64,000 nt of DNA from assembly GCA_963664705.1 (NCBI GenBank), contig OY761556.1:2656001-2720000 (forward strand). Reading direction: 5' to 3'. A program made the translations under genes and the position numbers. Positions 21,116 to 30,485 of this stretch are shown here, one piece after another (the stretch's first letter is position 1; every line of letters starts with the position of its first letter). The notes under the pieces were generated by a model. The model searched no databases. It was not told the DNA's origin and saw nothing but the letters and a program-made list of their open reading frames with translations. The DNA is from Acidobacteriota bacterium. GTDB lineage: Bacteria; Acidobacteriota; UBA6911.

Positions 21116-24100
21116 CTAAAAACTATATTTCAGCCCGAACTGGATAATGCGCGGGTTAACCGTGGTTGCCGTAATGGTTCCAAAAGAAGCCGCGCTGTTT
21201 CTCTGAACCGCAGGATTTGCAAATTGCGCATGGTTGAAGGTATTGTAAAATTCGGTTCGGAACTGCAGCGTATGCCCTTCCCTGATTTTTGTTATCTTGT
21301 TCAGCGTGATGTCCCAGTTAAATTGGCCTGGTCCCCGCAAAATACCAACGCCGGAATTTCCAAAGCCGGTTCCATTGCCGTAGATACCTCCCGTAGGTGC
21401 TGCACAGAAAGCGCTCTTGTTGATATATCCGGTGCCGCCGCTGTTCCCGCCCAACCGATCCTGGATCGACCCTGATGTCTTAATGGACTCATGCGTCGCA
21501 TCGGCGCACATTTGAGCTCTGGCGGCAGTAACGCCATAGATCGTACCGGCAGCACTGTCGCTAATCGACACCGCTGTACCGCTTTGAATGGTGGTAATCC
21601 CCGCCACGCTCCAGCCCATAAGAAGCTTGCCCGACAGTCCCTGGTGCGCACCCAACGGAAGCTCATACTGGTAATTAAGGATGAAGCGCTGTGGACGGTC
21701 AAAATCCGTTACACCGTATTGCTGCTTAGGGTCTGCGGGATCGTTGCTGTTTTGCGCATAATACGATCCAGTGCCGACCTCGTCACTCAGGCTTTTGCTC
21801 CATGTATAGGATCCCTGAAATGAAAATCCGTAGGAAAAGCGTTTGCGCAGAGTGACCTGAAGGCTGTTGTAATTGGAATGCGCATTGAACTCTGTTCCTT
21901 TCAGTCCTTCGGTCTGATAACCGATAAAAGGAACCCTCAGGCCTCGATTCGCCAACGTATTCGCCGTTTGGCCGTTGATCGGGTTTGTCGCGGTGGCCAG
22001 GCGGGCTGCATTGATGTTGTGATATTCGTTGATCAAATGAGTCCCGGTTGATCCGACATAGCCTGCCTCCAACACCCAATTTCGGGCAAACTCATACCCA
22101 AGCATGAGTGTGTACTGGCGCATCAAGGGTGTGGCGACCTTTGTAGCCAGAAATTGAGCGGAAATATTGGAGGTAGTGCCGGTACAGTTGGTTCCATCCG
22201 GCAGGCATGTCAAATTGCTCCATCGGGATTGCCAGATTCCCGGAGATACATCGCGGAAAGGAGTCTGCAGCGTTTGGGTATTCCCCGAGCTGTAGTCTCC
22301 TCTGATCGCGTACGGTGATCCCTCCTGAACGCTCTGAATGAAGCTGCCGGCCCAGACTCGGTCGTAAAACAAACCAAATCCGCCGCGCAGAACCAGATTC
22401 CCTTTGGATGTCATCTGCCATGCGAATCCAATACGGGGACCAAAGTTGGTGTACGGAGGATGACCATCAATTGAGTGGCTGTTGCTCGCCCTCCGGACGC
22501 CATCGGGCAAAGGTTCATTGTCTTTGGAATTATTATCAGGAACAACCATCCCGACCAACCCTGGTCCAGATGTGGTCGGCCCGGTGGGCGGTATCGGCAC
22601 AGTTGCGATCAGGTCAGGCCAGGTATTTGTCAAATTGCCATACCTGTCACTGAAAACTCCCATATATTCCCACCGCAGCCCGAGGTTCAGAGTAAGCCTC
22701 TGGCTGAACTTCCAGTCATCCTGAATATAGCTGCCTATATTGTTCATTCGATAGCCATGAACAATGGTCCCCTTCGGGCCTCTTCCCTCTGAGCAGGCCG
22801 TACATGCAAACAGGTTTCCGGCCCTTCCCACAAGGAAATCATTGAAGCTGAGAACCGAAATATATCCGCGGGTAAATCCCGGGTTGGCAAAGTAATGAAC
22901 TCTTTCCCATTCAAATCCTGCACGCAGGGTGTGCTTGTTTCTGGACCATGCGATCTGGTCCGCTGCTTGAAAATGCTCCGATATGCTGAGCGCGGGGCTG
23001 AAGCTGTTAAACAACTGTGGCCCGCCGGTAATTGCAAATTGCGGCGGATCCGTCATATCGGCGACGGCCGGCGTCATCCCCAGTGCCTGCATGGTGGCGC
23101 CGGGAATAGTGTCTTCTAAAGCCTCACCATGGTTTCGCTGATACGATGCCCGGGCTTCGTTTGTGAAGGCATTGCTGACATACGTATTGAGCTTCATCAC
23201 TGCGTAGTTGTTTGTATAGTAATACTCCTTGAGCTGCCCCGGCAGTTTCCCGCCAAGCGTAATCTTCTGGGGATCACGAGTATAAAAATATCTCGTTTGC
23301 AGCGTGTACTTCGGATTGATAATGAAGTCGGCGTTGACGAGTACCTGGTCCCCCGAATAGCGCGACGGATCGCTGAATGCAATCGTCCTGTAACCGGCAG
23401 TACCGGACCCCGGAACATAATAGTTACCATTGGCAAGCTTTAGCTGCAGTATTTTGAGCGCCACCGGATTAACATTGGATCCGTCGCAGGCCAGCTTCGT
23501 CGGCCCGCTGGTCTGGAATGAACAGTTTGCAGCCGCCAGTGCCGCCGGAAATCCTGAGGCAGTACGATCTCCATCCGGAATCGGAGGCAGGTTAAAGCTA
23601 GCCAGCCCCTGGCTCGAAAGACCGTTTTTTTGTCTCGAACCCTGATAGCTTCCGAACAGGAAGAAGTGGTCCTTTACAACCGGGCCACCTAGAACAAAGC
23701 CAAACTGGTTCTGATTCAAAATCGGTTTCTTCGTTGCGGAGTTCGGATTATCCCGATTGTAAAAGAATGGATTGGCATTGAGCGATGTGTTACGTAGAAA
23801 TTCAAAAGCCGCACCATGGAGCCTGTTGCCTCCCGACTTTGTTACAACATTAACGTTTCCGCCCGGGTTCCGACCATAGCTTGCATCAAATGTCGAAGTC
23901 TGAACCTTAAATTCCTGGATGGCGTCCGGGCTGGGAACCCCTATCCCCGCTCCAGTGCTCTGATCGCCGGCGCTCCCATTCATACCGATGTTGACAACAC
24001 CTACCCCATCCATCTGATAGTTATTCTGCGCTGGAGTCGATCCATTAACGCTCGTGTACTGAGTCCCCTTTCCCATCACGGTCGCGTTGTTGACGCTGGC

Positions 24101-24616
24101 GGCAACACCGGTAGAGAGATCCAGAATTTGCGTGTAATTGCGACTTGTTAACGGTAAATCCGTGATGGTTTTGCTATCAACAAGGGTTCCCATTGTTGAG
24201 TTTGCCGTCTGAAGTATTTCGCTCTCAGACTGAACAACGAAGGTTTCGTTTGGCGCGCCAACCTCGAGCGTGCAGCTCAGAACAGTAATCTCGGTAACAT
24301 TAATTGTAATGGAGGGAAACTCGGAACTCTTGAACCCAGCCATGTCGATCTTGACCTTATACTTGCCAGGCTGCAAAAGGGAGAATCGAAAGCCACCACT
24401 CTCGCTTGTAGTTGCCGATTGGGACTTTCCAGTTGCCAGATTTGTGATACTCACCTGGGCCTTTACCACAACTGCCTTGGATGGATCGGTAACGGTCCCC
24501 GATAATGCCCCCGTGCTTGCTGTTTGTGCGTTTACGGACGGAGCGACTGCCACTGCAATCAGTAACATTGCAAGAGGAAAAACTAAAAACACTTGCAGTA
24601 CCCTACATTTGTTCAT
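21116..24616 (-). CDS. TonB-dependent outer-membrane receptor (Oar-like, carboxypeptidase-regulatory-like N-domain)
   Basis: Motifs ALSGTVTDPS, DLPLTSRNY, PSPDAIQEFKVQTS, YIQDDWK, NFGPRIGFAW; C-terminal PRIIQFGLKYSF. Confidence 0.95.
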   Translation of the reverse strand: MNKCRVLQVFLVFPLAMLLIAVAVAPSVNAQTASTGALSGTVTDPSKAVVVKAQVSITNLATGKSQSATTSESGGFRFSLLQPGKYKVKIDMAGFKSSEFPSITINVTEITVLSCTLEVGAPNETFVVQSESEILQTANSTMGTLVDSKTITDLPLTSRNYTQILDLSTGVAASVNNATVMGKGTQYTSVNGSTPAQNNYQMDGVGVVNIGMNGSAGDQSTGAGIGVPSPDAIQEFKVQTSTFDASYGRNPGGNVNVVTKSGGNRLHGAAFEFLRNTSLNANPFFYNRDNPNSATKKPILNQNQFGFVLGGPVVKDHFFLFGSYQGSRQKNGLSSQGLASFNLPPIPDGDRTASGFPAALAAANCSFQTSGPTKLACDGSNVNPVALKILQLKLANGNYYVPGSGTAGYRTIAFSDPSRYSGDQVLVNADFIINPKYTLQTRYFYTRDPQKITLGGKLPGQLKEYYYTNNYAVMKLNTYVSNAFTNEARASYQRNHGEALEDTIPGATMQALGMTPAVADMTDPPQFAITGGPQLFNSFSPALSISEHFQAADQIAWSRNKHTLRAGFEWERVHYFANPGFTRGYISVLSFNDFLVGRAGNLFACTACSEGRGPKGTIVHGYRMNNIGSYIQDDWKFSQRLTLNLGLRWEYMGVFSDRYGNLTNTWPDLIATVPIPPTGPTTSGPGLVGMVVPDNNSKDNEPLPDGVRRASNSHSIDGHPPYTNFGPRIGFAWQMTSKGNLVLRGGFGLFYDRVWAGSFIQSVQEGSPYAIRGDYSSGNTQTLQTPFRDVSPGIWQSRWSNLTCLPDGTNCTGTTSNISAQFLATKVATPLMRQYTLMLGYEFARNWVLEAGYVGSTGTHLINEYHNINAARLATATNPINGQTANTLANRGLRVPFIGYQTEGLKGTEFNAHSNYNSLQVTLRKRFSYGFSFQGSYTWSKSLSDEVGTGSYYAQNSNDPADPKQQYGVTDFDRPQRFILNYQYELPLGAHQGLSGKLLMGWSVAGITTIQSGTAVSISDSAAGTIYGVTAARAQMCADATHESIKTSGSIQDRLGGNSGGTGYINKSAFCAAPTGGIYGNGTGFGNSGVGILRGPGQFNWDITLNKITKIREGHTLQFRTEFYNTFNHAQFANPAVQRNSAASFGTITATTVNPRIIQFGLKYSF

Positions 24617-24880
24617 AATTCTCCTTTTTGCTCAGCAGCAGAAAAATGCTGCAAACCCCTTGTCATGCCGGGATTGTCCATTTCACATAAACAATGGCCC
24701 CGTCATACCAGCTATTGCCAATGCTCCACGCCACTGATATCAATATTGCTCACTGGAATAGCTGTTATCGCAGATCTGTGATGCACTCCTCCTCTTTCGA
24801 ATACATTTCTCTGTTGGATCTCACATCAATTCGATGCAATAAAGAGAAGCCCATCGCTCTGAAGGCCGTGGACAATGCTG

Positions 24881-24918
24881 CCTGAAACGAGCACCGGATA
24901 TTCGGCGCTCGTTTCAGG
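24881..24918 (-). other. Strong hairpin in the long leader of the TonB receptor gene
   Basis: CCTGAAACGAGC...GCTCGTTTCAGG; perfect 12-bp arms. Confidence 0.6.
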
Positions 24919-24990
24919 AATACAGCCCTGTGCCGCTTAATGCTCGTGCTTGCTTGCCAGATTCCATGCGTATAGTTGATTAATAGCGTC

Positions 24991-25047
24991 ATATTAGGTT
25001 TACCCAAGATCGCAAGTCAAGTAATATGTCACATATTTGTGACATAT
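24991..25047 (-). promoter_or_regulatory. Operator site 4 (perfect palindrome) plus sigma70-type promoter of the TonB receptor
   Basis: ATATGTCACAtattTGTGACATAT at 25024-25047. Minus strand reads TTGACT (25020-25015)-N18-TAATAT (24996-24991). Confidence 0.85.
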
Positions 25048-25266
25048 CGCCATTTCGAATTTGAACAGATTAGGGTTGGAATGCGGGATCGGATGACCGA
25101 TATTTCCAACCGTAATTGACTTTATGCACAAATATGTGCCAGCATTCATTTTTTGTGAGGCCGTCTGACAGGCTTTTCAGCCTGCATGCGGAGTCAGAGT
25201 GAATGTTATATGCGACTATTGTGTTCCGGTCAGATCACGCTCCTTATGATGCGATAAATAAATACT

Positions 25267-26214
25267 ATGGAATTTCAAATCCAAAAGAACAGTCCTGTCC
25301 CTGTAATCAAACAGATCCAGGAACAGATAAAGCTATCAATGGCGATGGGAGTTCTAAAGAGAGGCGATATTCTGCCCTCGATTCGCGAAGTCGAGAAACA
25401 GACGGGCGTGAACCGAGGACAGATTCATCGAGCCTACCTTGCTCTGCTTAAATCCGGGCTGCTTTCTCCAGCACCGGGAAAGCGGATTGCCGTTGCTGTA
25501 TCTGCCGCAGCTTCTGAAACCATCAATAACAAATGCCAAGAGTTGGCCAACGACATCATCAAACGGACCCGGAATATCGGAGTATCTCCGATGGCATTTG
25601 CAAGATATCTTAGCCGCAGTGTTCAGGAAAATGAACGCACGTCGCCGTTTATTGCATACGTGGATATGGATAAAACAGCCGCGGTCCGAAGGGCTGAGCA
25701 GGTATCCAAACTATGGCATGCTTCCATCGTGGCAATGACACTCGATGAGTTTAAGTTCGCGATCGCGCACGGGAGCAAACTCCGAAAAGTGCTCGTAAAC
25801 CATCTCGGTCTCGACAGCACTCGACGCATGCTGCGCGGAAAGAGAATTGATCTTATTCCAATCGAGATTTCCTACAACGAGCAAACGATCCGCGCATTGG
25901 AAAAAATAAAAGGCCCTTCGGTTCTCGTTCTCCTTCCGGATCATGCGCTTCGAAGCGCCAACTTCATAGTGGAACAGTTGCGCCGCTGGATTAAGAGCAA
26001 AGAAGCAACCATTTCCTGGTTAGCCGTGACTGATGTGAAAGACTTTAAAGAACTAAAAAATGATGCGAAGTATGAACGTATTCTGGTATCGCCAGGAGCA
26101 CGCAGCAAAGTACCCGTAGAATTGCACCGAAATTCCCGTTTTCTTCTGTTGGAGATGGATTTGGATCCGGAAGATCTGGAGATCGCCAGGATACGCGCGG
26201 GCGTTATTGTGTAG
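25267..26214 (+). CDS. GntR family regulator with YtrA/PlmA-like wHTH and a long uncharacterised C-domain
   Basis: N-terminus MEFQIQKNSPVPVIKQIQEQIK...GDILPSIRE...VNRGQIHRAY; 315 aa; no recognisable FCD or UTRA motifs. Confidence 0.88.
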   Translation: MEFQIQKNSPVPVIKQIQEQIKLSMAMGVLKRGDILPSIREVEKQTGVNRGQIHRAYLALLKSGLLSPAPGKRIAVAVSAAASETINNKCQELANDIIKRTRNIGVSPMAFARYLSRSVQENERTSPFIAYVDMDKTAAVRRAEQVSKLWHASIVAMTLDEFKFAIAHGSKLRKVLVNHLGLDSTRRMLRGKRIDLIPIEISYNEQTIRALEKIKGPSVLVLLPDHALRSANFIVEQLRRWIKSKEATISWLAVTDVKDFKELKNDAKYERILVSPGARSKVPVELHRNSRFLLLEMDLDPEDLEIARIRAGVIV

Positions 26215-27412
26215 CCTTTTGGACTCTTATTGCTTTGATATCTGGCGTGGGACAACGCACCTCACAGGCTCCGCAACCATTGCATTTCAGTGAATTGACC
26301 ACTGGATAAGATTCATAGGCTTCCTTGTCCCAAGTGACTTTTATGGCATCAAACGGGCAGGCGTTCACACAAGCATTGCAGTCGGAGATACCAAATAGGC
26401 ACAAGGCCCTGTCCAATTGAGCAGTGCCAATGATGTACTTCTGTTTCTGTTCAAGGTTCAAAGGTTGTAGCGCTCCGCTGGGACACACCTTCGTACAGGC
26501 ATTGCATTCTTTAGCACAAAATTCTGTCTCGAATCGGACAACGGGTGACAGCAATCCCATAATTCCGGATTGTCTCGTGTCGGGATGGATAATCTTGGAT
26601 GGACACACGCGTACGCAATTGCCGCACCGCAGGCATTGCCCGGTAAAAAGGTGCTCCTTAATCGCGCCGGGCGGTCTCAATGGAGGCTTTGATCTTGCCT
26701 GACCACTTTTCTGCGCCAATAGGCTGAATCCCAGGCCCGCTGCAATAGAAATGAACTGCCTCCTTGCTCCGACGAATGCATTTGCAGGCCTATTTGCCTT
26801 TTGAGGTTCTGTTCCGTTTGGCTTCCTGAGATTCCTGCAAAAAGAGCCAACCTCATTCAGTAGATCCTGCGTTGCTCCCAAAGGACACACACGGGCGCAC
26901 CAGAGGTCGCCGGAAGTGAACGCCACCAATAATAGTATGACTATTCCGAACAGCGACAATAGGATCGAGAGGGCATGTTTCGAGGCAAAAGCAGAGAATC
27001 CGTTGCTAAACAATGCCAGCGGATCCATCCACAATAAAAGCGGATACCCGAAAATCGCGCCCGCAACTGTTATCAATGCGATGTAATTGCCGATTGAAGG
27101 GATGCCTTTCCACCAGATCTTAATCGGCAGTTTCTTGCTGGAAACACCATCGAGAAGCAAGCCGACCGGGCACACATAACGGCAGAACAGTCTCTTTTTA
27201 ATCAGTGCCATTGCTGCAAAAAGCAGGCCCACGACGGACTGCACCGGGAATGTCCGCCCTGCCAGGATTGAGCATATTGCGATAAACGAGCTTGTTTGAA
27301 CAAATACCCTGGAAACGCCAGCCCAGAAAGGAAACGGCATCAGCAAAAGCACTGAAATAAGAAAGCAGCCCCATCTTATGGACAGGCGCAGCGTGCGCCT
27401 CTTGTTCACCAT
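26204..27412 (-). CDS. Membrane polyferredoxin (NapH/MauN-like membrane domain fused to NapG/MauM-like 4Fe-4S domain)
   Basis: FCRYVCPVG and WCARVCPLG in the hydrophobic half; LRPPGA, CLRCGNCVRVCP, CNACVNACP and CNGCGACEVRCP. Alternative start at 27439. Confidence 0.9.
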   Translation of the reverse strand: MVNKRRTLRLSIRWGCFLISVLLLMPFPFWAGVSRVFVQTSSFIAICSILAGRTFPVQSVVGLLFAAMALIKKRLFCRYVCPVGLLLDGVSSKKLPIKIWWKGIPSIGNYIALITVAGAIFGYPLLLWMDPLALFSNGFSAFASKHALSILLSLFGIVILLLVAFTSGDLWCARVCPLGATQDLLNEVGSFCRNLRKPNGTEPQKANRPANAFVGARRQFISIAAGLGFSLLAQKSGQARSKPPLRPPGAIKEHLFTGQCLRCGNCVRVCPSKIIHPDTRQSGIMGLLSPVVRFETEFCAKECNACTKVCPSGALQPLNLEQKQKYIIGTAQLDRALCLFGISDCNACVNACPFDAIKVTWDKEAYESYPVVNSLKCNGCGACEVRCPTPDIKAIRVQKATQ

Positions 27413-27452
27413 CCCGCCATATCTCCTGCCTAATACCATTCATTCTTCGCTC

Positions 27453-27501
27453 CTTTGAGCCCTTGCGCCAACCAGGGCAGCTGGACCTCAAAGGCTCAAA
27501 G
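27453..27501. repeat. REP-like octamer-based inverted repeat, copy 2
   Basis: CTTTGAGCCCTTGCG...CTCAAAGGCTCAAAG; the right arm is identical to 21089-21103. Confidence 0.7.
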
Positions 27502-27522
27502 ACGCGAAGTGAAAGGCTTCAT

Positions 27523-29028
27523 CTATCCGGGGAGAATTGCACCCTGCTTTTTCAGGCTTGCCTGCAAAGCTTTGATATTAATCTTTCTCAGGTCCACTTT
27601 GCTGCTGATCGCCTGAGCAGCAGCAATTCCCGCGGCCTCTCCAAGTGCAATACAATGCGGTATATAGTTGAAGAAGTTGTTCGCAACCGCATTGGACGAA
27701 AATGCGCGACAGGCAATGAGGAGATTATTGATTTTGCGCGGTATCATGCAGCGATACGGCATGTATGTTAGCGGTGATTTGATCGAATCCTGACCACGAT
27801 CGACGTCAGGGAATATGGCAATCGTGTCCTCGAAGGGAACGTTCGAATCCATATCCTTTTCCGTGAGCACGTATTCACCAACAATTCTCCTGGCGCCCCG
27901 GGTGCCGAGCTGCGGATTGGTAAGCACAATGTAGCTTTTTTCGAAACCTGGAATATTCTTTTTGTAATAGTCGTGACTCACCAACATTTCTTTTCGGCCC
28001 AGGAACTCTACCCTCGTCAGCTCCTCGACATCCACTTGACTGGAATTCGCGTATCGGGGGAAAACCCAAACCAGATCTTCCTGGTCTTTTAAATTGCTGG
28101 TTAGAAAACTGGCATGTCCACCTCGTTTTCGGATCTCGCGCATCTCTTCAACAAATTCTTTGGCATGCGCCTTTCTGTACTCTTCATATTTTTTCAAATC
28201 GACGTTTGCGATCCAGTATGAAAAGGACAGGTTGGCAATCCGCAGCGCAGGGTCGATGTCGCTTTTAAACTCAGCACCCGAACCGGGCAACAGGTCCCCA
28301 TCGCCAGTGGAATCGATGACAACTTTTGCCAGCACGGCCTGCCTTCCAGACTTGCTTTCGAAGATGACTCCCTTGACCTGGTTGCCATCCATTATGGGCT
28401 CAGTGCCCCATGAATGGAGGTAGGTCTTAACATTCGCTTCTTTCACCATTTCGTTCAGTATGCACTTGGATATCTCGGCATCGATGTGCGCTGAATAGAG
28501 AACCGTCTTCTCTTTAACATTAAAAAAGGACCGGTGATCGTAATACTCCACCAGTTTGGGATCTTTGGAACCCCAATGCTCCTTTTTCGGGAAATCCGTC
28601 GCATCCCTGCGCTTTAATCGATCTATCCACTCCTGGTTTATGCCGGCGATCTGTTGTTTCCCGCTAAAATCGCTCAAGTTGGGGATAATGGTAACCAGCC
28701 CGCCCGTACCCATACCTCCCAGGTATCCATACCGTTCAATCAGAACCGTATCCGCACCGCTTCTAGCCGCCGTCAGGGCCGCGCCTATACCTCCTGGGCC
28801 ACCGCCGACAACCACAACATCGGCTGTCCGGCATACACGCGTCTGCCTTAGAGCTTCGGTGACTGTCTTGCCGGAAATTTTCGCGGATGGCAATTTTGAC
28901 TGAGCGGTCACGGGCAGCGCAAAACTGCCAGCGCCGGCAGCAATAGCAGCCGCCGCTCCTTTCATAGCCGTATTCTGAAAAAACTTTCTGCGGGATATTC
29001 CGTTTTTCGCTTCTTCTGACAATTTCAT
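27523..29028 (-). CDS. Tat-exported FAD-dependent oxidoreductase (FAD_oxidored family)
   Basis: Leader SRRKFF; motifs DVVVVGGGPGG, LGGMGTGG, IDSTGDGD, RRIVGEYVLT, MPYRCMIP, GEAAGIAAA. Confidence 0.92.
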   Translation of the reverse strand: MKLSEEAKNGISRRKFFQNTAMKGAAAAIAAGAGSFALPVTAQSKLPSAKISGKTVTEALRQTRVCRTADVVVVGGGPGGIGAALTAARSGADTVLIERYGYLGGMGTGGLVTIIPNLSDFSGKQQIAGINQEWIDRLKRRDATDFPKKEHWGSKDPKLVEYYDHRSFFNVKEKTVLYSAHIDAEISKCILNEMVKEANVKTYLHSWGTEPIMDGNQVKGVIFESKSGRQAVLAKVVIDSTGDGDLLPGSGAEFKSDIDPALRIANLSFSYWIANVDLKKYEEYRKAHAKEFVEEMREIRKRGGHASFLTSNLKDQEDLVWVFPRYANSSQVDVEELTRVEFLGRKEMLVSHDYYKKNIPGFEKSYIVLTNPQLGTRGARRIVGEYVLTEKDMDSNVPFEDTIAIFPDVDRGQDSIKSPLTYMPYRCMIPRKINNLLIACRAFSSNAVANNFFNYIPHCIALGEAAGIAAAQAISSKVDLRKINIKALQASLKKQGAILPG

Positions 29029-29193
29029 TGCGGATTCTCCTCACCCTGGATTCGTAATGCTAAAACTACCTACCTCAAAAAGATAGTGTTTAAACCTGCC
29101 AGTGCGCCGACAAATCACCTACTGCATTCCGGAAAATCCGACGCATCGCTCTATGGGATACCTACGGAATGGGAGGGTGTAGCTCCAGCTGCC

Positions 29194-29248
29194 AAGCTAT
29201 CCGACCTGTTTGCCCCTTGTCAAGAAGTATTGTCATAGATATGTGACA
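29194..29248 (-). promoter_or_regulatory. Operator site 5 plus sigma70-type promoter
   Basis: TGTCATAgataTGTGACA at 29231-29248. Minus strand reads TTGACA (29223-29218)-N18-TAGCTT (29199-29194). Confidence 0.8.
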
Positions 29249-29336
29249 TCTCACGATCCCGCCTTCATTCCCGCTCCGCGGTCACCCGCTTAGACGGAAA
29301 CTGGGCATTTGCACAGGGGTTCAGTGTATCCCGCAG

Positions 29337-30335
29337 TTATTTCAGATTCTTCTTTTTTATTACCCAGTCCGGATCTTTGCACAAACGGCAGTCCAGGCCG
29401 ACGAATGCCTTGCCGGCCTCCTGTTCGCCCTTCAATTGCCACTGCAGCCACAGTCGAGCGGCCTGCGCCATCTTCCCACCAAAAGGCTTGCCCAGCGATC
29501 CATTGTGGCCAACGTTGCCAAGATTTGCATTAAACAGAGGAATGTCTTCAATTTGCTGATAGTCAATCTCGGCGTTTTTATAGGCGATATCTTTTTCGCC
29601 GCCGATCAGATAGATCACAGGTGTGTGCAGTCTCTTCAGTGTTTCCTCGGTAGCCGGAACAATAACTTTGATCGTTTTGCCGTCCGGTCCCTTCATCACG
29701 AATTCCTGCGGCGTACCGCGCATGATGCCGCTATTGAAAATAATGGCTGTCCTGACCCTCGGATCCACGGCGGCTTCGAGCGCCTCCAACGCGCCGCACG
29801 ACTGGCCGGATACCGCAATCGCATCCGTCGCAACCTTGCCATAGTACGGACTCTTCCGATCCCTATTCTGCGCCACGGCCCAGTCGATAGCCTCAAAAAG
29901 GTAACTTGTCTTCGAGCGTTCAGAACTTATCGCGCCCGCGGTGACGTCCGATGGCTGGCCCGCCGTCATCCCGTTCGCGTCTGGCCTTCCTTCCGGCCGA
30001 AACGCCGGCTGAATCGGTCCGCTCGCAATGACCAGGAAACCATAGGACGCAATCTCCGTAAGATAGGTCTCAAATGCGTTGCCGATCATCGAGCATCCGC
30101 CATTACCAAATGCCACAATGGGCAGCTTGCCTTTCACGGCCTTCATGTCGATGGGGCGATATATGGTGTGCCGGGCAAGTGACGGCTCCATCATTTCCTG
30201 CACTTTATAGGGCCCATTGGTCTGGAACACGGGCTCTTTCACGATCATCTCCTGACTCTGGGCCGCGGTTTGCTGCACATTCGCCTCGCCGCTATAAATG
30301 CTAATTACCGCCACAATCATTGGGAGCCATTTCAT
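29337..30335 (-). CDS. Exported alpha/beta hydrolase, GxSCG type (chlorophyllase/cutinase-like fold)
   Basis: Motifs HTIYRP, FGNGGC, GQSCGALE, GGEKDIAY, NVGHNG; C-terminal CRLC. Confidence 0.85.
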   Translation of the reverse strand: MKWLPMIVAVISIYSGEANVQQTAAQSQEMIVKEPVFQTNGPYKVQEMMEPSLARHTIYRPIDMKAVKGKLPIVAFGNGGCSMIGNAFETYLTEIASYGFLVIASGPIQPAFRPEGRPDANGMTAGQPSDVTAGAISSERSKTSYLFEAIDWAVAQNRDRKSPYYGKVATDAIAVSGQSCGALEALEAAVDPRVRTAIIFNSGIMRGTPQEFVMKGPDGKTIKVIVPATEETLKRLHTPVIYLIGGEKDIAYKNAEIDYQQIEDIPLFNANLGNVGHNGSLGKPFGGKMAQAARLWLQWQLKGEQEAGKAFVGLDCRLCKDPDWVIKKKNLK

Positions 30336-30368
30336 AGGGTTTTCCTTTCTCGCAACCTGTCGTGAATA

Positions 30369-30386
30369 TGTCACATATATATGACA
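30369..30386. promoter_or_regulatory. Operator site 6
   Basis: TGTCACAtataTATGACA between two divergent esterase genes. Confidence 0.8.
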
Positions 30387-30485
30387 ACTAATATGATAAA
30401 GTCTTGCTTCATCCGATTTAGAAAACGAATCATTCCATTATTGTCTCGGCGGTAAGCTAACAAATAACTATGGAGATTGCATGGC

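Noticed and set aside
25027-25044. CRP, FNR or Rex site
   Set aside because: Arm order and spacing (TCACA-N4-TGTGA) do not fit those consensus sequences.
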